The position numbers and the translations under genes are program-made. From Malacoraja senta (Eukaryota): a DNA stretch of 64,000 bases. A model generated the notes under the pieces. It was given only the letters and a program-made list of their open reading frames with translations, was not told the origin of the DNA and ran no database searches. This document shows, in pieces, positions 1 to 13,914 of the stretch. The stretch lies in NCBI GenBank assembly GCA_038087875.1, contig CM075993.1:4466001-4530000 (forward strand). The letters run 5' to 3'. Each line of letters begins with the position of its first letter. Position 1 is the stretch's first letter.

Positions 1-3000
1 CACGGCCACAGTTGGAGTAGTGTATTCAGCTTTGCTCTCTCCATAATAGGATAGATGCCATTATGCTGGAAAGAAGATTTGAGGATGTTGCCAAGATTCG
101 AGGGCCTGAGCTATCGGGAGAGGCTTGGCAGGCTAGGACATTTCCCTTGGAGCACAAAAGGCTGAGGGGTGATATTACAGAGGTGTATAAAATCATGAGG
201 GGAATAGATAGGGTGATTAAACACTTTTTTTCCCCAGCGCAGGTCAATCAAGAACCAAAGGGCATAGGTTTAACGTGAGAGGCGAATGATTTAATAGGAA
301 CCCAAGATGTAATCTTGTCCAACAGAGGGTGCTGGGTTAGGACATATTTGAAACATATAAGATTGTTAAGGGCTTGGACACGCTAGAGGCAGGAAACATG
401 TTCCTGATGTTGGGGGAGTCCAGAACCAGGGGCCACAGTTTAAGAGTAAGGAGTAGGCCATTGAGAACGGAGACGAGGAAAACACTTTTTCTCACAGAGA
501 GTGGTGAGTCTGTGGAATTCTCTGCCTCAGAGGGCGGTGGAGGCAGGTTCTCTGGATGCTTTCAAGAGAGAGCTGGATAGGGCTCTTTAAAATAGCAGCG
601 TCAGGGGATATGGGGAGAAGGCAGGAACGGGGTACTGATTGGGGATGATCAGCCATGATCACATTGAATGGTGGTGCTGGTTCGAAGGGCCAAATGGCCT
701 ACTCCTGCACCTATTGTCTATTGTCTACGGAACAAGCTGCTGGAGGAGGTAGTTGAAGCAGGTACGATAACAACATTCCAAAGACATTGGACAGGTAGAA
801 GAAGAGGAAACATTTTTAGGGATATGGGCCAATTGCAGGTAAATGGGACTAGTCTAGATGGGGCATCTTGGTCAGCATGGACCTGTTGGGACGAAGGGAC
901 CATTTCGGTGCCATCCGACTTTATAACCCAGAACAGAACTGTCAGGAAATGAAGGACACTATAGATCCTAAAGATCATGATTAAAAATAAAAGAAACATT
1001 GGTCTATTCAATAAGTCTATCGCTGTCAGGAAGGAACAATACTGCACCCTTTTAAATGAAGCCTAATTTAATGGACTGAGACACAAAGACCGCTTGAATT
1101 ATGAACTAATTCTCAAGCGACAACACGGACCCCACAAAATGTGGACAAAAATAGTGATGTGCATTTAAAGATGGGGAGGGGGTTGGGGGGAGGGGGAGGG
1201 GGGGGGAAGGGCGCTTGGTGGAGGGATGGGGGCCAAATACATGGACTATTGCCAATTGCCAGCAGGACACCCCTGTACTGATCTGCTGCATTGTCCCACA
1301 TTGCCTGGGGACCAGGTGATTTCAGACGCCAACTCTACAAGAGATTTAAGGCTTTAACTCTGGGGAACTGAGATGATCTGATGTTTGCACCCTGCATGTG
1401 AACTATATGCAGTACATACAACCTTGCGTTCGTAACTTTGAAATGCTTCATTTATAACGTCTGAATTCTGTTTAAAAAAAGATTTATATCGCAACGAGAA
1501 ACTGTGGAGAACATTATTGAATCTGTTTTAACTAATAAAACAAAATCGCAAGCATTTTGACTGATTTAAGCAATCTTGTCAGTTCTTTATTTGTTCCTCT
1601 CATTCTGTCCCAACTTGCGTTCTTGTTGATGTTCTGGTGTTTTTTCCATGCAGCCAAGAGCTGGCTAATGGGATTCAACAATGAGAACATCACAGCCCAA
1701 GCTAATCCATCTCTCTACCAATCTACCTATCGTTCACTCCACCTCTGCAATCAACCAGAAGAAGGGTCCCGACTCAAAACATCGCCCATCTTCTTGATTA
1801 GTAATGGTGTGATGGGCCGAATGGCCTACTTGTGCTCCTATGGCTTATGAACTTTTTCCCCCCAATGTGAAGAATTAAAAGAACACGTTGATCTTGACTG
1901 GATTCATTCCATGGAAAAGCAAGAGGGGGAACATTCAAAGTCCAGCTCTCCAATGAGAAATGGTGAAAGTCCTGGAGAGAGGATGTTTCCACTAGTGGGA
2001 GAGTCTCGGACCAGAGGTCATATCCTCAGAATTAAAACAACGTTCCTTTAGGAAGGAGATGAGGAAGAATTTCTTTAGTCGGAGGGTGGTGAATCAGTGG
2101 AATTATTTGCCACAGAATGTTGTGGAGGCTGTAAATTGATATTTTTAAGGCAGAGATAGATAGATTCTTGATTAGTGCAGGTGTCAGGGGTTATGGGGAG
2201 AAGGCAGGAGAGGATCAGCTATGTTTTAATGGTGGAGTAGACTCGAAGGGCTATGAACTATTTCCCCCCCAATGTGAAGAATTGAAAGGAGAAGTTGAGC
2301 TTAATTGGATTCATGCCATGGAAAAGCAAGAGGGGGGACATTCAAAGTCCAGCACTCGCACAAAGAATCGAAGGAGGACACAGGACTGCACTCGTGCACA
2401 AGTTGGAACCATTAAGATACCATTGAAAGCTCAAGAACAGATCTGACTTTGCAGATATTGAAATTGTAACATGTGGGACAGGTTCAAAGGAATCTTGGGG
2501 GAGTAAAAGCGTTTGTGTGTGTTGCTCATGTTTCAACAATTGGCACTAATAGGTTAGTCAAAGCTTTTCCCGACTCGAGCACTAGAAAGAAACAAGATAA
2601 TAGCAGCGTTACAAAATTAATGAAAGGCACTTGGAGTGATTAAAGTTTAATGGTGTTGTTCAAAGCAGTGAGAAATGGGTGGACCATGTGCAGTAGCTGT
2701 AACATCAGTCCTCAATATTACACCATACACTTACGCTCATTTCATGCTTCAAAGCTGCAGAGTAACATAGATGGGTCGACTGGGCTTGTATTCACTAGAA
2801 TTTAAAAGGATGAGAGGATACCTTATGGAAACATAAAATTCTTAAGGGATTGGACAGGCTAGATGCAGGAGAAACGTTCCCCGATGTTGGGGGAGTCCAG
2901 AACCAGGGGTCACAGTTTAAGAATAAGGGGTAGGCCATTTAGGACTGAGATGAGGAAAAACTGTTTCACCCAGAGAGTTGTGAATCTGTGGAATTCTCTG

Positions 3001-6000
3001 CCACAGAAGGCAGTGGAGGCCAGTTCACTGGATGTTTTCAAGAGAGAGTTGGATTTAGCTCTTAGGGCTATTCGGAATCAAGTTTGTAAGCGTGCCATAG
3101 GCAAAGCCATACTGACCCTCCCTAATTAACCCATTCTCTTCCAAATGGGAATATATCCTCTCCTGAAGAATCCTTTCCAATATCTTCCTCAACACTGACG
3201 GGAGGCTCACCAGCCTCCAATTCCCTGGATTATCCCCTCTTCCCTTCTTAAACAAAGGAACAATATTGCCTACTCTCCAGTCCTCCGGGACCTCTACTGT
3301 GGCTGGAGAAGATAAACCACAGCTTTATATAATACAGCGTTCTTACTACTAATACAGCATAGATTTATGACACAGCACAGGGTACAATATCTGGTCGAAA
3401 TGGATGAGTTTCCCTGCACTCTGATTTATTCATGATATTTGATTTATCCATAGAAACATAGAAATTAGGTGCAGGAGTAGGCCTTTCAGCCCTTCGAGCC
3501 AGCACCACCATTCAATATGACCATGGCCGATCATCCTAAATCAGTACCCCGTTCCTGCTTTCTCCCCATATTTGTTGATTATGATAGCCCAAGAGCTATA
3601 TCAAACTCTCCATTGAAAACATCCAGTGCATTGGCCTCCACTGCCTTCTGGGGCAGAAAATTCCACAGGTTCACAACTCTCTGGGTGAAAAAGTTTTTCC
3701 TCATCTCAGTCCTCAATGGCCTACCCCTTATTCTTAAACTGTGACCCCTGGTTCTGGATTCCCCCAACATCGGGAACCTTTTTCCCGCCTTTATATAATA
3801 CAGTATTCTTACTCCCAACGCAGCAAAGATTTACGACACAGCACAGGATACAATATCTGGTCTAAATGGATGAGTTTCCCTGCACTCTGATTTATTCATG
3901 ATATTTAAAGGAAGCAAAATTTGCAGCATATTCAATTTTTGATTTGGTGGCAAGATCTTACCACACGAAACAATACTTCAAGCACCATCCTATTTATGTA
4001 CTCAAGAGAGAGTTAGATAGAGCTCTTGGAGCTATCGGAATCAAGGGATATGGGGAGAACGCAGGAACGGGGTACTGATTTTGGATGATCAGCCACGATC
4101 ATATTGAAGGGCTGAATGGCCTATTCCTGCAACTATTTTCTATGTCTCTATCTCTCTGTACCCACTAATACAAAACTCCCATTTTGTTATGAATTCCAGC
4201 AAGCACAATCTGTATTTAAACATTTGAATTCTCCGCTTGTGTTTTGCACCTGATGCTCTCAACAATATTTTCATTCAAAAACTGCAATTTCCGATTTCAT
4301 TTTTTATGAAAGAAAATGACTAAAGGGTTCAGATCTGAAACACCGTTTATCCATGTTCTCCAAAGATGCTGCCTGATCCTCGGAGTTACTCCAGCACTGT
4401 GTCTTTTTTTTGTCAACCAGCATCTGCATTTCCTGGTGTCTACAATTCCTAAACTATAATTCTGATAGTGGATGGCTAGTCATACATAATTCATTCAATG
4501 CTGGATGCCTTTTGAATTAAGGGGAATAATGAAAAAAGCAACAGGAAACAGATTTTAAACATTAAAATCATAGAAATTGATTGCACACAGGAGATGATCA
4601 CGAGGTTCACTGTATCTCAGCTGACACAAAACAGATCCAAGTACACCTCATGATTCTTCATCCAAAACCTTAAATATTCTCACACTCCACACTCTCGTCC
4701 CGAGAACTTGGTCAATGTGTTGATTCTTTTCATCCCTACCACCCTTCCTGGCACTTAGTTCAAGATTACATTCATCCTAAGGGGAAATTTCTTGATTAAT
4801 ACCAAACCAGCTTTAATCCGGCACCAACTACTGTAAAACCTTGGCTTCCAATTTTTGAAAGCACTGTGTAGGAAGGAACTGCAGATGCTGGTTTACACCG
4901 AAGATAGACACAAACTGCTGGAGTAACTCAGCGGGACATCACTCCAGCATCACTGGAGAGAAGGAATAGGTCTTCTATCATCTATCCAGAGATGCTGCCT
5001 GTCCCGCTGAGTTACTCCAGCATTTTGTGTCTATCTTTGGTTTAAACCAGCATCTGCAGTCCCTTCGTACAACATTCAATCATGGCTGATCTATCTCTCC
5101 CTCCTAACCCCATTCTCCTGCCTTCTCCCCATAACCTCTGACACCCGTATTAATCAAGAACATATCTATCTATCTCTGCCTTAAAAATATCCATTGACTT
5201 GGCCTCCACAGCCTTCTGTGGTAAAGAATTCCACAGATTCACCACCATCTGACTAAAGAAATTTGTCATCTCCTTCCTAAAGGGACATCCTTTAATTCAG
5301 AGGCTATGACCTCTAGTCCTTGACCTTCCCTCTAGTATAGTGTTCACTAATGTAGAAGCACAAATTCCAGTAAATGGACTCACCTGATAACAGGTCTTCA
5401 GCTGTCTTTGTGATTTGCCTCAAATCCTGCAGGCCTCAATGAAACACAGCCAATCCTCTTGAAGCAGAAAGTTGCCTCGTTACTCAAACGGCACAATTCA
5501 CTTAACTGATGATGTCCGAAACAGGTCTCTGTACAACAGCCGAACGGAAATCCAGAGTTTAAACCTTTCTCAAAAACGTGAGGTGTGACGGTGCCATCTT
5601 AAAATGGGTGAGGAAGAACACAGCCACATGCTACACAAAATGGGGACGGATCCCAGCTCCATCAGACCATGGTCTTTGACTTAAGTGATCGTTTAGTGAT
5701 ATCAGCTCCCGGCACATTGCCACAGGTGAAACCACTGAGTGAATCCTTAATTTGATGCACCATTTCAACCTGCTGCTTAAAAGCCCAAAAAGCAGACTGC
5801 AGTCAATCATTAGGAACGCTTGTTAATGTTCCTGCACCAATGGACACAATTGCACCTCAACCTTAAACGAGATTGTTGACTCAAAACTGACAGAAATTAC
5901 ACATGGGAGCTTCCTAAAGCTGCCTGGGTGTGGAGAGGATGTTTCCACCAGTGGGAGAGTCTAGGACTAGAGGTCATAGCCTCAGAAATAAAGGACGTTC

Positions 6001-6616
6001 TTTTAGGAAGGAGATGAGGAGACAGTTCTTTAGTCAGAGGGTGATAAATCTGTGGAATTATTTGCCACAGAAGGCTGTAGAGGCAAGTCAGTGGATATTT
6101 ATAAGGCAGATATAGATTATTGATTAGTACGGGTGTCAGAGGTTATGGGGAGAAGGCAGGAGAATGGGGGTTAGGAGGGTGAGATAGATCAGCCATGATT
6201 GAATGGTGGGGTAGACTTGATGGGCTGAATGGCCAAATTCTACCCCTACTCCTTATGACCCATCCATTTAGCTCAATAGTTGAGGAATATAAGTCCTGGA
6301 GATTCAGCTGGTTATTCATTAAATCTTCTCAAAAGCTTTGCCAATATTAGGTGGTAGACTGATGTTGGCAGGAAGATGCCTTTACTTACACAAGATGGCA
6401 GCTTTGAACAGTAGCAATTTCCAACGCTGCTTCACTCTATGTTCTGTCTATATAACCAGAGAGAAAGGAGGTTGTCTTCAAACCCTGAAAGTTGTTGTGT
6501 TCTGCAATGCACAAACTGGTAGGCAGGGAAGCAGTTTTAGAGGTGACTTACCAAGAGGAATTTAATTTTATACTGAAAAGGAAAAGCTAAGAGAAATGGT
6601 ATAACAGCACTTACAA

Positions 6617-6915
6617 AGGGTGGCACAGCTGTAGAGTTGCTGCCTTACAGTGCCAGAGACCCGGGTTTGACCCTAACTACGGATGCTGTCTGTATGCAGT
6701 CAGTACGTTCTCCCCATGACCAGCATAGGTTTTCTCCAAGTGCTCCGGTTTCCTCCCAGACTCCAAAGAAGCACAGGTTTGTAGGCTAATTGGCCTGCTA
6801 AAATTATAAATTGTCCCTAGTGTGTGTAGGATGGTGTTAGTGTGCGGGGATCGTTGGAAGGCATGGACTCAGTGGGCCGAAGGACCTGTTTGCACACTGT
6901 ATCACTAAACTAAAC
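6617..6915 (+). mobile_element. HE1-like V-SINE
   Basis: Same head, V-domain and tail. Other copies at about 7487-7660(-), 24232-24490(-), 25640-25915(+), 25920-26165(-), 31290-31420(+), 46425-46735(+), 58735-59022(-), 60507-60690(-). Confidence 0.8.
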
Positions 6916-9194
6916 CAATGGGCTGAATGGCCTCCTTCTCTGCTGTATAAATGTTGGAACCATTCAGTAGGTCTGTATCTGTGGAACGAACTGCACTTTT
7001 CCCCCTGCAGTAGGCCTGTATCTGTAGGAGGATCTGCAGAGTTAATATAGGAATGATCTTTGACGTGTAATTTTAACTGTTTCTCTTTCCAGTGGTGCTT
7101 GACCTGCTTAGTGTGTCCAGCATTGCTTTAATATCACTTTTGATTTTGACTTTCTTTTATTTCACATCTGACTTTTCCAAGCTGTACCATTCGCCCATCC
7201 ATTTTGTCTTTTGTTTCTTTATTTATGCTTCAGTATATGCTCCAACTTACAGGCCTGAAAGATTGCTTTGGCAATTGGCCAACATCGTGTCCATCTCATC
7301 TGAAGCAGCTTCACCACTCGCCGGCATAATGCCAAAGAGAAGAAACACGGCAGGGGGGGGGGGGGGGGGAAAGTGAGAGGTTTCCTACAAGAAAGTAACA
7401 GGAGGAAAATAAAATATGAAAGACAGTTGTGCCTGAGAGTTCAGGTGTACGGCTATGTCCCACCTGGCTTCAGAATTTACGCTGCGGTTTAGTTTAGAGA
7501 TACAGCGCAGAAACAGGCCCTTCGGCCCACCTAGTCCGCACCGACCAGCGATCCCCGTACACCAAGACTACCCTGCACACGCAGGTCACGGGGAGAACGT
7601 GCAAACTCCGTACAGACAGCACCTGGAGTCAGGATCGGATTCGGGTCTCTGTGAGGCAGTAGCCGTCCTGCTGTTGGAGTGCACTCTGTCAAAACAGGTA
7701 CAGCTGCCAAAATATTACTCAGCAAAACAACCTGAAGCGGGAGGATCAAGAAAGAGATCAGATTTTGCTGAGATATTTATGAGTGCATTACGTTGCCAAT
7801 AGCTGGCAATCACTGTGAGAATAATTCATCAGGTCAATAAATCAGCTCCAAACAAACCTGCCCAAATCAGATCAAATGAAAGATGTTTATCCCTGTTTGG
7901 TTTTACCCTTCCTTGCCAACTTTACAGACTCCCTGCTGCTTGGGTAGCACAGTGCCTCGGATGGGAGAGCCAAAGACAGGTTTGATACTGACCGTGAGTG
8001 AAATTTGCACATTCTTCCCGTGATCTTGTGGGTTTCCTCCAGGTGTTCCAGTTTCCTCCCACTTGGGGAGCGTTGAAGAGCACAGGGATTTAAGAGTGCA
8101 GGTACCTTTAGGAATTGTTAAAGCCGATTTTCATTATGGGAATAGCCTGTCCCAACTGGCAATTCTAACGGGAAGGCGCTCTTCAACGTCAGCAGACTAA
8201 CAATTCCAATGGGAATACACCATTCCCGCATACCTGGTTGCATTGTGCTCAGCCTTTACGAATTACATTTTGCTACCAATAAATAATCCAGGAATCCTGT
8301 AAAGTGAGGAATGGGTGCATCTTAATTTCCAGATAAACTCTTCCATTTATGGCTCCATTATCTCAAATGAGCCAATTTCATCGAGTGGCGCACACAAGCT
8401 CTAGAAGAAGTGTGTAGAATTCAATGTGAAATCTTCTGTAGCCCCTGGTCACCAACTTTGGTTGCTTCTTTCATTACTTTCTATTTAAACTTTTAGCTTA
8501 TGCTGAAACCTGGCTCATAACGAGTCCTTTTTCTGTGTCGGTGGTATTGATGTGTGTGAACACAGATACAAAAGGGTGGAGACGTGGGTTTATTTCAAGA
8601 TAGTATACAGATGGTTACCACAATCTTTATTTTTTTTAATCAATTACCAGTCAAAGAATTACTTGGGTCCCTCTCTTTTCTTCCAGAGTACATGCCACAC
8701 TATTATCTTCTTGTGTTACTGAATCTCATGCTGTCCCACATTAAGTTGTCTTGACCCTGAGCTATTCTACACTGATATGCAATTATTTTTCTTCCATTGG
8801 CAGTAACCTTCCACTGTAACCAGCAGTGTGTGTGTGTGTGTTGTAGAGGCTGATCTGGATTGCTGTTTCTTCTTCCAATGCATGAGTTTCTTAAGCATAC
8901 TGTTTCTGGAGTTCTCTCCGGGACGTACTGAACTGCGATGGGACAGCTTGCTCTTGTGACCAGAGGCACAGTGAAATAACCACAGCCTTCAGAGATCGGA
9001 GCCACAGCATAGTGTTATAAAGGAAAGACATATAAACACCATAATCCCTCTAAAAAAACATTCCTATCCACGTGCCTGTTCAAAAGCCTTTTAAATGTGG
9101 TTATAGTTTCTGCCTCAACTGCCTCCTCCAACAGGGAATGGAATGAGCTGCCGGAGGAGGTTGTTAAGGCAGAAACTGTAACATTTAGGAGTCA

Positions 9195-9462
9195 TGTGTA
9201 AGAAGGAACTGCAGATGCTGGTAAAATCGAAGGTAGACACAAAATGCTGGAGTAACTCAGCGGGTGAGGCAGCATCTATGGAGAGAAGGAATGGGCGACG
9301 TTTCGGGTCGAAACGTCACCCATTCCTTCTCTCCATAGATGCTGCCTCACCCGCTGAGTTACTCCAGCATTCTTCAGAAGGGTCTCGACCCGAAACGTCG
9401 CCCATTCCTTCTCTCCATAGATGCTGCCTCACCCGCTGAGTTACTCCAGCATTCCGTGTCTA
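9195..9462. mobile_element. PLE-terminus element with one inverted and two tandem units, inserted in a CR1 tail
   Basis: Unit gaaacgtc.cccattccttctctccatagatgctgcctcacccgctgagttactccagcatt occurs twice in direct orientation and once inverted. Flanks acattta..agtca are duplicated. Confidence 0.75.
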
Positions 9463-9802
9463 CATTTAAAAGTCACTTGGACAGCTACATGGATAGGAAA
9501 TGTTTAGAGGGGCATGGAGCAAATGCGTGTAGGTGGGACTGGTGTTGATGGGGCACTTTGGGCAAGCTGGGCCGAAGGGCCTGTTCTGTGCTGTACGACT
9601 CTATGAAGTTCTACATTCAGGACATTACCATGGCTGGAAATATCACTCACAATCGTATTGCTGGCTACAGCTCGATTTCTCAACTGAAAGTCAGTTAATG
9701 CTCTTGAAAACAACCGGAACACTTCATGGTGTCCAATCTGTCATTTTGCAAAATCTTTGCTGGAGTTTGTGAGGAAGATACTGACTTTTACCCAGAAAGG
9801 AC

Positions 9803-9808
9803 TTTAAT
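9803..9808 (-). promoter_or_regulatory. Candidate ETFA poly(A) signal (ATTAAA)
   Basis: First ATTAAA/AATAAA hexamer I found downstream of the stop codon. AATAAA alternatives lie at 8626-8631 and 8589-8594. Not verifiable without transcripts. Confidence 0.25.
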
Positions 9809-10132
9809 GGCTTTAGAAATAGCTCAAATGTACTGAAGAATTAATCTCCAAAGCAGGTTGACAGGGTTCTGGAACGAGGAAGAGTGGGCACCTACTCATT
9901 CAGCTTCTTTTTATATTGGTAATTATTTGTTACATTACCACAAGAGGTATTTGGATTCTGCAACTACAATCCATTAGGTAACAAAAGAAATCAAGTGTAA
10001 TCGATTGGTTGTATTGATAGAGACAAATATCAGGTGCATCAAAAATAACGTTCAGTATTGACGTGCACATTATAGGCAGGTTATACAGGTCCAATGCACG
10101 ATTCCATTTGACCGCACTGTAAATTCTCGGGG

Positions 10133-10168
10133 TTATTTCTCCAGAAGAGCTGTCATCTCTGGGACAAC
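10133..10168 (-). CDS. ETFA: ETFA last coding exon 12 (VVPEMTALLEK*)
   Basis: Acceptor tttcccgctgcag, then GTT GTC CCA GAG ATG ACA GCT CTT CTG GAG AAA TAA. Matches the VVPEMT C-terminus of ETFA. Confidence 0.93.
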   Translation of the reverse strand, partial: VVPEMTALLEK

Positions 10169-10344
10169 CTGCAGCGGGAAACAAGTAGAGTCAGAATAAA
10201 GCCCTCGATTGTCACACAAATCTTTCTGCAATTCATTCAAGACATACTTTATTAATTTAAAAATAAATAACAATAGATCAACACAGAATGAGCCAATGGT
10301 GCTTTCACAATCAACCTCTAAAGATTAAGATCAGGCAAGAGTTC

Positions 10345-10662
10345 AGGGCCTGTCCCACTTTCCCGAGTTACTCACGAATTCTCCCGAGTTTTCCCCTTGA
10401 TTCAAACTCGGAGAATGTCCGTAGCGAGTCCCTAGGAGCCCGTGGATATATCGTAGCGGCTCGTTATGCCAGCGGCAGGTACTCGGGGCTATTTTCTTTT
10501 ACTCGTGGACATTTTTCATCAAGCCGAAAAAACGTCCCGACTTACCTGATGCCCGAGTACCTACGGCTGGCATTACGAGCCGCTATGATATATCTACAGA
10601 CTCCTACGGACTTTCTCTGAGTTTGAATCAAGGGGAAAACTCGGGAAAGTGGGACAGGCCCT
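10345..10662. mobile_element. PIF/Harbinger-type MITE, subfamily A
   Basis: TIR AGGGCCTGTCCCACTTTCCCGAG at both ends, 3' flank TTA. A homologous copy lies at 38343-38630. Confidence 0.8.
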
Positions 10663-11213
10663 TTAGAGAACCTTCAAGATCAGGTTTTCTGAAGAACGGC
10701 CCCAAACCAAAACATTCACCTAAGATAGACACAACAAGCTGGAATAATTCAGTGGGACAGGCAGCAACTCTGGAGAAAAGGGGTGGGAGACGTTTCAAGT
10801 CGAGACCCTTCTTCAGAAACACACTGAGAAAACCCGCAAAGTCACAGGAAGAACGTACAAACGCCACACAGACAGCATCCGAGGACAGGATCTATCCACT
10901 GCCTCAAATGATTGTGGAGACTGAATAGATGTACAAAAGAGATTTGGAGAAGAAATACAGGGCGAGCTATCTAGCTTTGGCACCTTCTGCCAGACAGGTG
11001 CAGAGAGAAGGAGGAATGACCAGGGTGGGACATGTCTTTAATTGAGTTGGCTGCTTTTCCAAGGCAGCGTGAAAGTCAATGGTGGGAAGTCTGTGTGAGG
11101 GACTGGGCTACATCCACGACTTGGCCCAATATTCACTGCTAACTTTCCATGGCCGTTAACTTGTAAAATAAAATCTGCCAAGGAAAACCTTTAGCTTCAC
11201 TCCTGTGACCACC

Positions 11214-11800
11214 GGGTGGCGCCAGCAATGGCGGCCTCGCCAACAGTCTGTCTGTCCTTTCCTTCTTTGTTGTTTGTTTGTATGTGTTAAATGTATGTTT
11301 TTAGTGTTCTATAGATTGTTTTATGTGGGGGAAACTTTTTCTAATCTCTTACCTCGACGGAGATGCGATTTTTTCCCGTATCGTATCTCTGTCCGCTGGC
11401 GGCTTTTGCTGGAGACCGACCGCGGAGGCCTGCGGATTTAACATCGCAGAGCTCACGATCCCTGTCGGGTGTCGACTTTGGGACTTTGGGGTGCCTGCGG
11501 ACTTTAACATCATGGAGCTCGCGCGTCAGAGATCGACTTCGGGAACTCCAAACCGCAGGAGCTTCGACCGCCCCGAATGCGGATGGTTCGACAGTCCCGA
11601 GGGCGGGAGAATAAAAGAGTAAGAAGCTTGGACTTTATTGCCTTCCATCACAGTGAGGAACATGAGGAATCCGCTGTGGTGGATGTTTATGTTGACTTTT
11701 ATGTAGCGTGCTTCTTTTTGTGTGGCTGTATTTACTACAGGTACACTAATTCGAATTTCACGGTACCTTAATTGGCATCTGTGACAATAAACTGACCTTG
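11214..11800 (+). mobile_element. Related GC-rich non-coding retroposon with a Rex1/L2-like 3' end
   Basis: Shares gcctt(c)ca.cacagtg and gctgtggtggatgttt.tgtt with 17240-18107. Ends in gtgacaataaactgaccttg. Confidence 0.55.
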
Positions 11801-12384
11801 AAATATTAATAAAAGCAGAAAAAAACTGTCCTTCAATCAGGGCCAGAGAAATATAATTGCACAGGATGCCTGTGACACAAAATATTCAACATTAGTGCAG
11901 CAGGAACTCAAGAGACTTAAAGAAGCATCTACAAAGTATGAGGTGGTACTTTGATAGCAAGAGTAAAGTGTGAAATGGGCTTAGATTTCGGAGTGTAGGA
12001 AGACAAATCACTGCAAGAGATTTTAAAAGGATACAATCGCCGGGGAGCATCGTTTTGAGAAAGTTAGAACTGAAAAGTAGAGAAGTTGTATAGCAATATT
12101 GTTAGGTATATTGAGAGCTAAGAACCAGGGTTCATAAATATTAGATTGTTGTTTATGAATCAAACCAAAGCTCTTGAGAAACATTTTATTCCATTGGGTG
12201 ATTGTGACATGAAACTCAGCAGCATAGAGTTGTTGAGATTAAATGTGAAGATGAGCTGTTCATCATCGCAAGTGAACTCGATACATTGACTAAGAAACTC
12301 AAACTCAAACCAGTGGGGTGGGAAGGCTCCCCTGTCAAATCATCTTGAACACTCCCGTTCCAATGAGAGTTGGGAAAACCACAG

Positions 12385-12975
12385 CTGGATCACATCTGGA
12401 GTATTGTGTACAGTTTTGGTCTCCTAATTTGAGGAAGGACATCCTAATTTGAGGAAGGACATCCTTGTGATTGAGGCAGTGCAGCATAGGCTCACGAGAT
12501 TGATCCCTGGGAATGGCGGGACTGTCATATGAGGAAAGATTGAAAAGACTAGGCTTGTATTCACTGGAGTTTAGAAGGATGAGGGGGCATCTTATAGAAA
12601 CATATAAAATTATAAAAGGACTGGACAGGCTAGATGCAGGAAAAATGTTTCCAATGTTGGGCGAGTCCAGAACCAGGGGCCACAGTCTTAGAATAAAGGG
12701 GAGGCCATTTAAGACTGAGGTGAGGAAAAAAACGTTTTCACCCAGAGAGTTGTGAATTTATGGAATTCCCTGCCACAGAAGGCAGTGGAGACCAAATCAC
12801 TGGATGGATTTAAGAGAGAGTTAGATAGAGCTCTAGGGGCTAGTGGAATCAAGGGATATGGGGAGAAGGCAGGCACGGGTTATTGATTGGGGACGATCAG
12901 CCATGATCACAATGAATGGCGGTGCTGGCTCGAAGGGCCGAATGGCCTCCTCCTGCACCTATTTTCTATGTTTCT
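12385..12975 (+). mobile_element. CR1/HER1-like LINE 3' fragment
   Basis: GLSYEERLKRLGLYSLEFRRMRGHLIETYKI..ESRTRGHSLRIKGRPFK is the CR1 ORF2 C-terminus. Similar fragments at about 340-727, 2770-3075, 3450-3788(-), 5075-5335(-), 5928-6260, 23498-23920, 29575-30000, 31468-31910(-), 34883-35315(-), 61133-61530(-). Confidence 0.9.
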
Positions 12976-13649
12976 GTGCAGCACTCAGAGGCCACATTAC
13001 AGCTCCAGTGGAAAATCTAAAGATATTAAGGTGGTATTCTGGTTGGTGCTCTTCAGAGAACTAGACTCTAGAATCTTAACTCTCTCTGACCTGGCAGTGC
13101 ATGCAGAAAACAGTGGGCATTAATAATCACTGTTCTGAACATACAATTGATTTTGCTTTAAGCTAAATTGTAGTAGAAAGAATATTCATGCAGCCAATGT
13201 ATCGATTTCCTCTCGGTTAGTGTGGCTCACATTTAAACACACCAGGATTCAAATCAAGTGTGCGGCCCCATTTATTTATACAGGATCTAATTGATTCAGT
13301 AATTGCTCACTGATCAGTTTAGTCTGTGCACAATCGCACCAACAGGCAATGGAACAATAAATGGAGCCCGTTTAATCATAACAGAAAACCTGCCGAGTTT
13401 GTTTACTCTGGGGAAAAGAAACTCGACAAATTGATTCCAAAGGCAGATTTTATTTAATCAATGTGCAGGTTTGTCAGTAAAGCTTTCAGCATTTAAAAAA
13501 TATCTTGAACGTGGCCTTTACTGTCACTCCTTAACTGCATTTGAGGTGATGACAATGAACGACTGCAGTCCATTTGTTCCACAGGTACTCTCACATGCTG
13601 TTTGAGAACAGTGGGATTCTGATCTAAAAACATGCTCAGACACCCTTCT

Positions 13650-13677
13650 CTGAAGAAGGGTTTCGGCCCGAAACGTT
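13650..13677 (+). ncRNA. Candidate minimal hammerhead core, second subfamily
   Basis: CTGAAGA-A-GGGT(TTCG)GCCC-GAAA-CG-TT. Identical copies at 23953 and 52464, one-base loop variant at 56372. Confidence 0.55.
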
Positions 13678-13914
13678 GCCTATTTCCTTCGCTCCATAGA
13701 TGCTGCTGCACCCGCTGAGTTTCTCCAGCATTTTTGTGTACCAGGGAGTTATCTTTAGTTTAGTGTTCAGGAAGGAACTGCAGATGCTGGAAAATCGAAG
13801 GTAGACAAAATTGCTGGAGAAACTCAGCGGGTGCGGCAGCATCTATGGAGCAAAGGATGCTCCAAGGATGCCGCACCCGCTGAGTTTCTCCAGCAATTTT
13901 GTCAACCTTATCTT

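Noticed and set aside
1172..1232. G-run cluster with G-quadruplex potential
   Set aside because: Intergenic low-complexity tract with no supporting functional context.
5384..5426. Exon-like segment on the minus strand (DLRQITKTAEDLLS, donor gtgagt)
   Set aside because: Poor acceptor tract, lies downstream of the ETFA stop, no recognisable homology or partner exons.
1..9800. Expected tail-to-tail neighbour TMEM266 exons on the plus strand
   Set aside because: No translation resembling TMEM266 was recognised; it may lie left of the window.
12422..12465. 20-bp tandem duplication tcctaatttgaggaaggaca
   Set aside because: Ordinary slippage inside a dead CR1 fragment.
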